Positions 1 to 10,124 of a DNA stretch of 64,000 nucleotides are shown here, in pieces (position 1 is the first letter of the stretch; each line of letters starts with the position of its first letter). The stretch comes from an uncultured Candidatus Rokubacteria bacterium. GTDB lineage: Bacteria > Methylomirabilota > Methylomirabilia > Rokubacteriales > CSP1-6. The stretch is taken from NCBI GenBank assembly GCA_963789955.1, contig CAWBMV010000012.1:64001-128000 (forward strand). The letters run 5' to 3'. The notes below the pieces were generated by a model. The model was not told the origin of the DNA. It saw only the letters and a list, made by a program, of their open reading frames with translations, and did no database searches. Both the position numbers and the translations under genes were made by a program.

Positions 1-100
1 CATTGAGGTAGCGAAACTGCGCATCGCGATCGGGATGCGAGGCGCCTTCCGCGTCTTCGGTTGGCCTGCACGCTGTAGCCGCTCTTGAGCAGGGTGGCGG
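1..100 (-). mobile_element. Degenerate ISAzo13-family transposase fragment (runs off the window edge)
   Basis: Manual minus-strand translation gives TLLKSGYSVQANR..(frameshifts)..EGASHPDRDAQFRYLN, matching the recalled ISAzo13 motif GYSLQANRKTREGxxHPDRDAQF; no N-terminal part upstream. Confidence 0.75.
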
Positions 101-506
101 CGATGCCCTCGTTCAGAACGCCCATCGTCTGTGGCGCCCGTCTTGACGCCGTCAGAGGCGGCGGGCGTCACAGACGATCGGGCCAGCGGTTGTTCTGTCC
201 GGCGTCGCGAGCGTGCCGTCGGGTCGGTTGAATCGAAGCGCCAATGCGACCCGGCTCCGACCGGCGGACCGGCCGAGGCCGACGGCGCCCACGTGCCCAC
301 CCAATGTTCGGCGCGCCCGCCTTGGGCGACGGTCGCCCCTCCGCTCGCGAGGAGACATACGGCAGTCGCGACGGCAGCCAGTCGGATTGGTGTCATGACG
401 TGGAATTCTAGTGTGGCCGCGATCTCGCATCGCCACGTTGACTCGCACCGGACATCGGACCGATCATGCGCGTTCCGAGGTTTCAACCAGCGGGAGGGGT
501 CTGCGA

Positions 507-1511
507 ATGAGGTTGCGAACGATTGCCTTGACGTGCGCGGCACTCTGCCTCGTCGATCGCAGCGCCGTCGAGCCGCTGGGTGCCGCGCCGCAGGCCTCCA
601 GTGCGGCGTCCTCGGACCGCCTGGAGGTCGTGGACGTGCGTCCCAACTTCTTCCTGATCGCCGGCGCCGGCGGCAACGTCGGCGTGCAGGTGGGCGAGGA
701 CGGCGTCGTGGTCGTAGACGCCGGGTCGGCCGCCAATGCTCCGGCCGTCGTCGCCGCCATCAAGCGGATCACGCCGAAGCCTATTCGCTACGTGATCGAC
801 ACCGGGCCGGATGCGGACCACGTCGGCGGCAACGAGGTGCTGTCGAAGGCGGGCGAGACGCTTCTTCCGACACGCATCGGCGGCCAGCAGCGCGACTTCA
901 TGGGCCCGGTGGCCGCGATCCTCGCCACCGAAGGCGTCTTGCGGCGCATGTCGGCGGCCTCTGGATCAGCGGCATACCCGGCTGGCGGGTGGCCGACCGA
1001 GACGTTCCACTACGCACGCAAGTCCATGTACCTGAACGGCGAAGCGATCGAGGTGCTGCACCAGCCGGCAGCACACACCGACAGCGACGCCTTCGCCTTC
1101 TTTCGCCGGTCGGACGTCGTGATGGCCGGCGACGTGCTGGACACGCGGCAGTTTCCCGTCATCGACGTCGAGCGCGGCGGGAGCATCCGGGGGGAAATCG
1201 CAGCGCTCAACCGCCTGTCCGAGCTGGCGGTACCGTCTGCGCCGATCGTGTCGCGCGAAGCCGGCACCATCGTGATCCCGGGCCACGGCCGGCTCTACGA
1301 TCAGTACGACGTGATCGAGTACCGGGACATGGTCACGATCGTCCGCGACCGCGTGCGCGACCTCGTCGTGGCCGGGCGGTCGCTCGAGCAGGTCAAGGCC
1401 GCCGGCCCGGCAAAGGGCTACGTGGGCCGCTATGGCAACGAGGGCGGGGCGTGGACGACGGACCGGTTCGTCGAGGCCGTCTACCGGAGCCTCGTCATGG
1501 AGAAGCCGTGA
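507..1511 (+). CDS. Secreted MBL-fold metallo-hydrolase (cyclase-like) with degenerate metal motif
   Basis: GGAGG before ATG 507; signal-peptide-like N-terminus; VVVDAG, DTGPDADHVGGN, AHTDSD, GDV and IPGHG motifs. Confidence 0.8.
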   Translation: MRLRTIALTCAALCLVDRSAVEPLGAAPQASSAASSDRLEVVDVRPNFFLIAGAGGNVGVQVGEDGVVVVDAGSAANAPAVVAAIKRITPKPIRYVIDTGPDADHVGGNEVLSKAGETLLPTRIGGQQRDFMGPVAAILATEGVLRRMSAASGSAAYPAGGWPTETFHYARKSMYLNGEAIEVLHQPAAHTDSDAFAFFRRSDVVMAGDVLDTRQFPVIDVERGGSIRGEIAALNRLSELAVPSAPIVSREAGTIVIPGHGRLYDQYDVIEYRDMVTIVRDRVRDLVVAGRSLEQVKAAGPAKGYVGRYGNEGGAWTTDRFVEAVYRSLVMEKP

Positions 1512-2281
1512 AGCTCCCGATGGCCACGGCCACGCTGCTGATCTTGTGGAACTTCGCGGGTCCGATGTCTCTCCACGCGCAACGGCAAGGCGGCGCAGCA
1601 CCCTCGGCCAGGGACGCGGCGCCGATCGACCTGACGGGTTACTGGGTCTCATACGTCACCGAGAACTGGCGCTATCGGATGGTCACGCCGGCGAAGGGGG
1701 AATACCGCCGCATTCCGGTCAGCCCGGCCGCCGTGCCCCTCATCAACGGCTGGGATCCGGCCGTGGACGAGCGGGCCGGCAACCAGTGCAAGTCCTACGG
1801 CACCGGCAACATCATGAGCGTCCCGGGCCGCCTCCACGTCACCTGGCAGGACGCCGACACGCTTCGCATCGACACTGACGCGGGCACGCAGACGCGACTC
1901 CTCCGCTTCCGCCTTCGCGAGGCTTCGGCGGGACAAGTCTCCGCGCGCGCCGCCGCGCCGGGCGCACGCACCTGGCAGGGCGAGTCCAGCGCCAGCTGGG
2001 AGCGCGCGGCTGGCCCGGGCGGGGGCGGCGGCCTGCGGGTCGTCACCTCGAACCTGCGCGCCGGCTACCTGCGGAAGAACGGTGTGCCCTACAGCGAACG
2101 CGCCACGGTGTCGGAGCAGTTCGACCTTGCGCCGCTGCCCGAGGGCGGCCAGCTACTTCTCGTCACCACGACGGTCGAGGACCCGGTATACCTGCGCGCG
2201 CCGTACATCGTCAGCCCGCACTTCAAGAAGGAGCCGGACGGCTCCAAGTGGGATCCCACGCCATGCTCATCGACCTGGTAA
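1508..2281 (+). CDS. Secreted hypothetical protein
   Basis: GTGA overlap with upstream stop; signal peptide ending SLHA-Q; C-terminal 257 aa of ORF 131..2281 with protein-like composition (IDLTGYW, LRKNGVPYS, VEDPVYL). Confidence 0.75.
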   Translation: MKLPMATATLLILWNFAGPMSLHAQRQGGAAPSARDAAPIDLTGYWVSYVTENWRYRMVTPAKGEYRRIPVSPAAVPLINGWDPAVDERAGNQCKSYGTGNIMSVPGRLHVTWQDADTLRIDTDAGTQTRLLRFRLREASAGQVSARAAAPGARTWQGESSASWERAAGPGGGGGLRVVTSNLRAGYLRKNGVPYSERATVSEQFDLAPLPEGGQLLLVTTTVEDPVYLRAPYIVSPHFKKEPDGSKWDPTPCSSTW

Positions 2282-2952
2282 CCCGTCGGGCCGGCCTCGG
2301 CCTGTTGATTGTCGTGCTCGTGGCCGGCAAGGCATCGGCCCAATTCGATCCCACCGGCTCGTGGGGGCCCCTGGCAACCGAGGACGTGCAGAACGACTCG
2401 CTGCCGGTGGATTACCTCGGGCTGGCGCTGACCGACGAGGGCCGCACGCGCGCGCTCGCCTACGACGAATCCCAGAAGTCGATGATCGAGCGGCAGTGCC
2501 AGGGCTGGGGCGCGTCCTACATGGTGCTGGGCCCCTTTGGCCTGCGCGTGTCGAGCCAGGTCGACCCGGTGACGAAGCGCATCGTGTCCTACACGATCGA
2601 TCCGTGGGAAGACTGGAATGGGATGACCATCTGGATGGATGGCCGGGCGCACCCGTCCGAGTCTGCCCTGCACACGCAAGCCGGCTTCACGACCGGCCAG
2701 TGGGACGGCGGGGCGCTCGCCGCGCACACGACGCACATGAAGGCGGGCTTCATCCGCAAGACGGGGGTGCCGCTGACCGATCAGGCGACGTTCGACTGGC
2801 GGTTCTACCGGCACGGCGACGTGCTGACGGTGCTGCTGGTGGCCCGGGATCCCGTCTACCTGGCTGAGCCGGAGATCATCACGAAGAGCTTCCGGCTCTC
2901 GCAGACGCCGCTCGACTTTCGCGACCGACGCGCTTCAAGTACTCTTGGATGA
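2263..2952 (+). pseudogene. Secreted hypothetical protein, paralog of the upstream gene, probably truncated near 2,922
   Basis: Signal peptide ASA-Q; FDPTGSW, FIRKTGVP and RDPVYL parallel the upstream protein; last ~10 codons read antisense through the SBP gene. Confidence 0.6.
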
Positions 2953-4145
2953 TGACCGCGGTGTCCTTCACGCTCTGATCCGCCTGGTCGTGGCGGATCG
3001 AGAAGCTGAATCGCTTGCCGTCCTTGGCCAGGACGCCGTCAGCGCCGGGCTTGAATCCAGCCTCGGCCAGGAGCGCCTTGGCGCGTGCCGGGTCGTACGC
3101 GTACGGCTTCACGCTCGAGTCGAACGCCCAGCTCGACGGGGGAAACTGGCCGGTCGAGACGACGGCGTAGCCTTGAAGCACCTCGCGGACGATCGTCGGC
3201 ACGTCGATCGCGTGGTAGAGCGCGCGGCGAACGCGAACGTCCGTGAACGGTGCCAGATCCTCGTCGCCAGCCGAAATAGGTGTATGAGGTGTTGTCGGCT
3301 ACCAGCACCTTCAGGTTCGGCGTCTGCTTGAGCCGCGCCACTTCCGTCAGCGGCGGATTCTCGATGAAATCGACCCCGCCCGACCGGAGCTCCTGCAGGA
3401 GCACGACGCTGTCCGGGATGATCCGGATGATCAGCCGGTCGAGCGCCGGCCGGCCGGCGTGGTACTGGTCGTTGGCCTCCATCACCAGCCGCTCGCCGCG
3501 CCGCCACTCGACGAGCTTGAACGGCCCGGTGCCGATCGGGCGGCGATTGAACTCGGCGGTGTTCAGATCGGTGCCCTTGAGGATGTGCTCGGGAACGATC
3601 CCCGCGCGCGGGTTGACCAGCACGGCCAGGAACGAGCCCGACGGGTAGCGCAGGCGGAAGCGCACGGTGTGATCGTCGACGACCTCGATGGGGCGGACGG
3701 CCAGCTCCTCGGGCTTCTTGGGATTCTCCTTGGCCGTCAGCTCGGGGAAGCCGACGAGCGCGTCGAAGTAGGCGCGATGCGGCGTGGTCACCTTGGGATC
3801 GAGGACCGAATAGAACGTGAAGGCGACGTCGCGCGCGGTGAACGGCTTGCCGTCGTGCCACTTCACGCCACGCTTGAGCTTGAACGTGTAGGTGAGCCCG
3901 TCGCGCGATACCTCCCACGACTCGGCCAGGAGGGGCTTCACGTTGAGGCCTTGATCGAGCTCGACCAGGCTGTCGAACAGCGGCCACTCGGCGATGTACG
4001 ACTGGCCGTCGGTGGCGATGACCGGGTTCAGCGACGTGGCGTCGCCGCTGAGCCCGATGACGAAATCCTTGCCGGCGGCGAGGCTCGCCGTGGGCGTCAA
4101 GCCGATGAGCGCGACGAGCAGCACGAGCAGCATGGCGTGGATCAC
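2922..4145 (-). pseudogene. ABC peptide/nickel-type substrate-binding protein (family 5); frameshift near 3,260 and C-terminus missing
   Basis: GGAGGA-N5-GTG start; [32 protein letters not shown] and PIGTGPF motifs; continues in frame 2879..3202 (YDPARAKALLAEAG) and ends at IQEYLKRVG, well short of a typical family-5 SBP. Confidence 0.85.
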
Positions 4146-4167
4146 GTCCGTCCTCCGTTCATAGGCG

Positions 4168-5031
4168 TCACGGCGACTGCCCGCGCAACGTCGGATCCGA
4201 CGCGTCACGCAGCCCGTCGCCGAACAGGTTGAATCCCAGCACCGTGACGAAGATGGCCAGCCCGGGGAATGTCGCGATCCACCAGGCCGAGGCCAGGAAC
4301 TGCCGTCCCTCGACGACCATGTTGCCCCAGCTCGGTAGCGGCGGCTGGGCGCCGAGGCCGAGATAGCTCAGGCCGGACTCGATCAGGATCGTCTGACCGA
4401 GCAAGAGGCTGGCCTGGACGATGACGATCGGCAGCGCATTCACGAGCAGGTGACGGCCGAGGATCCGCGCGTGCCCGGCGCCGAGCGCGGCGGCCGCGTG
4501 GACGAAGTCGCGGTTGCGCAGGCTCAGGCACTCGCTGCGCACGATGCGCCCGACCGGCGCCCAGGTGACGAGCGCGATGACCAGCGCCGTGTTGGCGAGG
4601 CTCGCGCCGAAGAGCGCCACGACGATGAGGATCAGGAACAACGCCGGGACCGAGAGGAAGACGTCGGCGGCGCGCATGATCGCCGTGTCCACGGTGCCGC
4701 CGAAGTAGCCGGCCACGCTCCCGACCGCGGTGCCCACCACGAGCGAGAGCGCCGTCGCGAACAGGGCGATCTCGAGCGAGACGCGGCTGCCCCAGATCAC
4801 CCGGCTCAGCACGTCGCGACCGAAGCCGTCGGTGCCGAGCCAGTGCGCGGCGCTCGGCGGCTGCAGTCGGTTCAGCAGCGACTGCGCCGAATAGCTCTGC
4901 GGCGCCAGCGCGGGCGCGAGCGCGCCCGCGGTCAGCATGATCGCCACGACCAGGCCGCCGACCAGACCCCGCCGATTGCGCGTGAAGCGATCGAAGATCG
5001 ACGGCCGCTCCGGGCGTACGGGCGTCGTCAC
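4168..5031 (-). CDS. ABC peptide transporter permease (DppC/OppC-like)
   Basis: HWLGTDGFGRDVLSR, EAA-like loop, LSYLGLG..PSWG; GTG overlaps the upstream stop. Confidence 0.92.
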   Translation of the reverse strand: MTTPVRPERPSIFDRFTRNRRGLVGGLVVAIMLTAGALAPALAPQSYSAQSLLNRLQPPSAAHWLGTDGFGRDVLSRVIWGSRVSLEIALFATALSLVVGTAVGSVAGYFGGTVDTAIMRAADVFLSVPALFLILIVVALFGASLANTALVIALVTWAPVGRIVRSECLSLRNRDFVHAAAALGAGHARILGRHLLVNALPIVIVQASLLLGQTILIESGLSYLGLGAQPPLPSWGNMVVEGRQFLASAWWIATFPGLAIFVTVLGFNLFGDGLRDASDPTLRGQSP

Positions 5032-5990
5032 CGGTACGAGATCCGCGGATCGATCACGCAGTAGGCCAGATCGGTGAGGAGGTTGGCGCTGATGACGACG
5101 GCGGCGACCATCAGATTGACGCCCATGATCACCGGATAGTCGCGCTCGAACACCGCGCCGACCGCCAGGCGTCCGATGCCCGGCCACGCGAAGACGGTTT
5201 CGGTGAGCACCGCGCCGCCGACCAGGGTCGGCAGCGAGAGGCCGACCACCGTGACGACCGGAATCAGCGCGTTGCGGAGCGCGTGACGCCAGACGACCCG
5301 GCCGCCGCCGAGCCCCTTGGCCCGCGCGGTCCGGACGTAGTCCTGCCGCAGCACCTCGAGCAGGCTCGAGCGCGTGAAGCGCATGAACGACGCCATCTGG
5401 ATCAGGCCGAGCGTCAGGGTCGGCAGGATCGCGTGCCGCACGCGCGCGGTCAGCTCGGCCTCGCGCCCGTACTCGCTGAGCCCCGAGGGCGGCAGCACGT
5501 GGAAGACCTCGGAGAAGAGCAGGATCAGCATGATGCCGAGCCAGAAGCTCGGAAACGACACGCCGAAGAGCGCGACAGCCGAGCCGAGCGTGTCCCAGAT
5601 CGTGCCGCGGCGGACCGCCGCCAGCACACCGAGGGGAACCGCGACGACCAGCGCGAGGGCGAGCGCGCCAAACGTCAGCTGGATGGTCGGCCCGAGGCGG
5701 TCGAGGATCAACGCGGCGACGGGGTCACCCGTCTTGAACGAGCGGCCGAGGTCGCCGCGCAGGGCGCCGCCGGCCCAGCCGAGATACTGTAGCGCGAGCG
5801 GACGATCGAGCCCGAGTCGCTGGCGGATCTGCGCGGCCGCCTCCTGGGAGAACTCGCCGCCGATCAGCACCGCTTCGGGTCCGCCGGGCGCCAGCCGCAT
5901 GATCGTGAACAGGATGATCGAGACGCCCACGAGCATCAGGACGGCGAAGCCGACGCGCTTGAGGATGTAGGTTCTGAGTCCCGGCTCCAT
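5028..5990 (-). CDS. ABC peptide transporter permease (DppB/OppB-like)
   Basis: GDLGRSF, DYVRTARAKGL, ETVFAWPGIG, RDYPVI, IDPRI. Confidence 0.93.
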   Translation of the reverse strand: MEPGLRTYILKRVGFAVLMLVGVSIILFTIMRLAPGGPEAVLIGGEFSQEAAAQIRQRLGLDRPLALQYLGWAGGALRGDLGRSFKTGDPVAALILDRLGPTIQLTFGALALALVVAVPLGVLAAVRRGTIWDTLGSAVALFGVSFPSFWLGIMLILLFSEVFHVLPPSGLSEYGREAELTARVRHAILPTLTLGLIQMASFMRFTRSSLLEVLRQDYVRTARAKGLGGGRVVWRHALRNALIPVVTVVGLSLPTLVGGAVLTETVFAWPGIGRLAVGAVFERDYPVIMGVNLMVAAVVISANLLTDLAYCVIDPRISYR

Positions 5991-6038
5991 GGCTCGCGGG
6001 GCGATCGCGAGGCAGCGTAGCCAAGGGGCGTTGGGGAG

Positions 6039-6887
6039 TCAACTCGCGCCGGTCGCGGTGAGGCCACGGATGAAGTGGTCGAGAAACAGGTTGTAGAGGA
6101 TCGCCCCGGGCAGGCCGACCAGCAGGGCGGCCGCCATCAGGGCACCCCAGTAGTAGATGTCGCCGCGGATCAGCGTCATCGCGATGCCGACCGTCACCGT
6201 CATCTGGTCTCGGGGCGCGACGTAGACGACCCCGTAGAGGAACTCCTGCATCGCGAGGGTGAAGGTGAAGATGGCCACGATGGCGACCCCGTGCCCCATC
6301 AACGGCAGGACGACGCGCACGACTCCGCTGACGAGACCACAGCCATCCACCCACGCCGCCTCCTCGATCTCCCGGGGCAGCGTCTTGAAGAATCCCATCA
6401 GGATCCACGTGCAGAACGGGATCGTGAAGGTCGGATAGACGACCACGAGCGCCCACCACGAGTCGAAGAGCCCGAGCGCGCCGACCACGCGCGCCAGCGG
6501 CAGGAAGAGGATGATCGGCGGCACCAGATAGGTCATGAACATCGCGATCCCGAGGTTGCCGGCGCCCGGGAGCCGCAAGCGCGCCAGTGCGTAGGCGGCC
6601 GGCACCGCCGTCACCAGGGTGATCACGACGAGACAGATCGCGAGGAGCACGGAGTTGAGGAACCAGACCGGGAAGTGGCTGTGCGTGAACAGGAGCCGGA
6701 AGTGCTTGAGGGTCGGGCCCATGTGAAACCAGAACGGGTTCTGGTCCATCCGATAGAGGTCGGCGTCTTCCTTGAACGCCGTGATGGTGATCCAGAACAC
6801 CGGGAACACCGCGACGACGACGAAGGGCGCTAGACCGGCGTAGACGAGCAGGTGCCGCAGAATCGCTCTGCGGGTCCGGGGTGTCAC
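6039..6887 (-). CDS. Carbohydrate ABC transporter permease (MalG-like), orphan
   Basis: LPREIEEAAWVDG EAA motif, WGALMAA, multiple TM segments; start approximate. Confidence 0.88.
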   Translation of the reverse strand: MTPRTRRAILRHLLVYAGLAPFVVVAVFPVFWITITAFKEDADLYRMDQNPFWFHMGPTLKHFRLLFTHSHFPVWFLNSVLLAICLVVITLVTAVPAAYALARLRLPGAGNLGIAMFMTYLVPPIILFLPLARVVGALGLFDSWWALVVVYPTFTIPFCTWILMGFFKTLPREIEEAAWVDGCGLVSGVVRVVLPLMGHGVAIVAIFTFTLAMQEFLYGVVYVAPRDQMTVTVGIAMTLIRGDIYYWGALMAAALLVGLPGAILYNLFLDHFIRGLTATGAS

Positions 6888-6909
6888 CGTCGCCGCCGAC
6901 GTCCCCGGC

Positions 6910-9125
6910 TCAGGCGATCGGGGCGACGTCCACGAAGCAGGAGTTGAAGGGCGCCGCGCCTGCGGGCGACGTCCGGTCGGCGGTGAGGACGTTCGCGCAG
7001 CCACGGGTGTCGGAGCCGACTCCGTCCGGCGTGAACCAGGCGCCCTCCTTGATCGAGACGACCCCCGGTGCGATGCGGTCGGTCACCCGCGCCGGGAGCC
7101 GAGTCGTACCCCGCGCGTTGAAGATACGCGGACGGGCTGGCCGTCGACGATCCCGCGCGAGGCCGCATCCGCGGTATTGATCCACACGTCGTCCGAGTCG
7201 GCGCGGGAGAGGATTGGCTGGTTTCCGTGGATCGAGTGCGTGCGCGCCCGGGACTTGGGCGTGACCAGGCGCAGCGGGTAGCGCGAGTCGATCTCGTCCT
7301 CGATCCACGTCGGAATCGGCGGGATGACGCCGAGCCCGTAAGGATCGGGCTTGGCGGCCAGGGTCATCGAGTAGATCTCGATCTTCCCGGACGGCGTCGT
7401 GAACGGATGGCGCTCGGGGTCGCGGATCTCCCGCGCGAAGGCGACGGCATCGTCGGGCGCCGGCAGTCTCGCGAGCCCACGGTCGCGGAACGTGTCGAAA
7501 TCGTCGATCACGCCGTCGGTCAGCTCGCGCAGCCATTCTTCTTCGGTCTTGTCGTTGTAGCCGGTGATCCCGAGCCGGCGCGCCAGCTCGCTGCAGATGT
7601 CGAAGTCGTTCCGGCATTCGCCCATCGGCTCGATGGCTTGTTTCATGAAGAACGCGTAGTGGCCGGCGCCCGCCCAGGGCGTGTGAACGTCGTTGCGCTC
7701 CCAGAACGTCGTAGCCGGGAGCACGATGTCGGCGTAGCGCGCCGTGGGCGTGAGGAAATGATCGTGGACCACCATGAACTCCAGGCGCTGCGCGGCCGCG
7801 ACGATCCGGCCGACGTTCGGCACCTGGTTGAAGAGGTCGCCGGCCACGGAGTAGACCATCTTGATGTCCGCCGGGTAGCCTCCGGCCCGGCCGCGATCGA
7901 GCAGGTCGGCGAGCATCGCGGTGGCGACTCGCGCGCCCGTGGGATTCGTGCCGGCCGGCAGGAGGCGAATCCCGCAGCGTCCGGTCGCGCCGTTGCTGGT
8001 GCCGGCGTTGCCGCCGGGAATCCCGACGTTGCCGGTCATCGCGGCGAGCGCGTAGGCGGCGCGGTGGAACTGCTCGCCGTGAATCGTGCGGCCCGGCGCG
8101 TAGCCGCAGTGGAGAGCCGCCGGCTTGCTGGTCGCGAACTCGATCGCGAGCCGCTCGATCGCGTCGGCCGGCATGCCGGTGATCTTCTCGGCCCACGCCG
8201 GCGTTTTGCGCACGCCGTCCGCTTCGCCCATGAGGTAGGCGCGATACGAGGCGCCGGCCGGCGCGCCCGGCGGCAGATGCGCCTCATCGAAGCCGAGCAC
8301 GTAGCGATCGAGGTAGGACTGGTCCTGCAGCCCATGGCTCGCGATGACGTAGGCCATCGCGATCAGCGCGGCCGCGTCGGTCGATGGCCGGATGAAGATG
8401 TGCTCGTCGGCCAGCTGGTAGCTCGAGCGCGTGACGCGCGGGTCGACGCAGACGATGCGCACGCCGTGGTCCTTGGCGCGCTTGAGGTACTGCATGGTCC
8501 CCGTGCCGAACGTCCCGTCGCCGGGACTCCAGCCCCACATCACGATGAGCCGCGAGTTGACGTAGTCGATCGGCTCTCGGCCCGCGCTCTTGTATTCGGC
8601 CTTGGCGCCGTAGGTCTGCTTGACCGCGAAGATCTCGGCCTCCGACGAGAGATTGCTCCAGAGCTCGGTGCAGCCGCCGAACATGTGGAGGAACCGCTGA
8701 CTCACGCCCCGGCCGTGCAAGGTCGATAGGCTGCCCGTGCGCGAGCAGTCGAGGATCGCGGCCGACCCGTACGTGTCACGGACGCGGAGCATCTGGCGCG
8801 CGACCTCGTCGAGCGCCTCGTCCCAGGAGACCCGCTCGAACTCGCCCGATCCCCGAGGCCCGGTCCGGCGCAGCGGGTGCTTCAGCCGGTCCGGATGATT
8901 CACGCGCTCCGCCTGGCCGAAGCCGCGCACGCACGCGTGCAGGGGCGGCATCTCGGGGGTCCAGCGGCGCGGGTCCGTGCTGATCTTGACGATCTGCCCG
9001 TCGCGCACGTGGGCGTTGACGGCGCACCGGCCGCCGCAGTTGTGGCCGCACGTGCTGGTCACCACGGTCTCGCCCGGCTTGGCGGCGACGCGCGGCGCTT
9101 CGTAGACGATCCTCGCGCGATTCAT
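6910..9125 (-). CDS. DmsA-like molybdopterin oxidoreductase catalytic subunit; frameshift near 7,130
   Basis: TCGHNCGGRC...C [4Fe-4S] motif, HPDRLKHPL, TARYADIVLPAT, TPSGKIEIYS; C-terminal GCANVLT lies in a second frame; no Tat signal. Confidence 0.9.
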
Positions 9126-9285
9126 GGCCACCACCCTACCAAGTTTCGAGCCCTCGGACCACACCACTCGGGCGCAATGCCCGCTCGGTTAGGCGCCTCT
9201 GCCCGAGATTCCCCGTCTCACCACGCCAAACGGCGCGCAATCCACTGATGTTCCTTCGGTATGGTTCTTGCGACGGATCTCGAGC

Positions 9286-10104
9286 ATGCAAACAACTTTT
9301 GCGCCTACCTATCAGCTTGAGCCCTTCTTCCGTGAGGCAGGAGCCGGCCCTGGGGTCGTATGTCTGCACTCGAACGCGAGTACCTCGGGGCAATGGCGGG
9401 GACTGATGGACCGTCTGGCGCCAAAGTTTCACGTCCTCGCTCCCGATTCCTATGGCTCCGGCAAGAGCCCGGATTGGCCTTCGGACCGAATCATCAGCCT
9501 CCTCGATGAAGTCGCGCTCATCGAGCCCGTGCTCGCCAGGGCCGGGTCGCCGCTGACCTTGGTCGGTCATTCGTACGGTGCCGCAATCGCGCTGATCGGG
9601 GCCCTGGGCAATCCCGGTCGTGTCCGTGCGATCGCGCTCTACGAACCAACGCTCTTCGCGCTGCTCGACGCGGAGACTCCTCCTCCGAACGAAGCGGAAG
9701 GGATTCGCAGCGCAGTAGCGCGAGCCAGCATCGCGCTCGATGCAGGAAACCCGCATGCTGCCGCCGAGCATTTCATCGACTACTGGATGGGCTCCGGAAC
9801 CTGGCAGCGGACGCCAGACCAGCGCAAGCCGGCCATTGCCGCGTCGGTGACGAATGTTCGCAGATGGGCGTATGCCCTGTTCACTGAACCGACACCGCTC
9901 GCGGCGTTCCGTTCACTCGACGCCCCGGTGCTCTTGATGGTCGGCAAGCGCTCGACACCATCGGCTCGCGGAGTAGCACGGCTTCTCGCGACCGCGCTGC
10001 CGAGGGTCGAGCTCGTGGAGTTCGAGGATCTCGGCCACATGGGCCCGATGACACATCCCGACCCGGTCAACGAAGTCATTGCGCGCTTCCTCGAACGGGC
10101 GTGA
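9286..10104 (+). CDS. Alpha/beta hydrolase
   Basis: GHSYG nucleophile elbow and C-terminal GHMGP catalytic His. Confidence 0.88.
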   Translation: MQTTFAPTYQLEPFFREAGAGPGVVCLHSNASTSGQWRGLMDRLAPKFHVLAPDSYGSGKSPDWPSDRIISLLDEVALIEPVLARAGSPLTLVGHSYGAAIALIGALGNPGRVRAIALYEPTLFALLDAETPPPNEAEGIRSAVARASIALDAGNPHAAAEHFIDYWMGSGTWQRTPDQRKPAIAASVTNVRRWAYALFTEPTPLAAFRSLDAPVLLMVGKRSTPSARGVARLLATALPRVELVEFEDLGHMGPMTHPDPVNEVIARFLERA

Positions 10105-10110
10105 CTCGGC

Positions 10111-10116
10111 TATAAT
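10111..10116 (+). promoter_or_regulatory. Consensus -10 box (TATAAT), 8 nt before GTG 10125
   Basis: Exact TATAAT in GC-rich DNA; no SD between it and the start codon. Confidence 0.7.
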
Positions 10117-10124
10117 CCGCCCTC

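Noticed and set aside
131..1507. N-terminal 459 aa of the 716-aa ORF, and many other long Arg/Ala/Gly-rich ORFs such as 11785..14127 and 36673..38397
   Set aside because: Shadow frames of real genes in GC-rich DNA; no motifs
6910..9125. Selenocysteine recoding in the molybdoenzyme
   Set aside because: The break near 7,130 is a frame change, not an in-frame TGA at the ligand position
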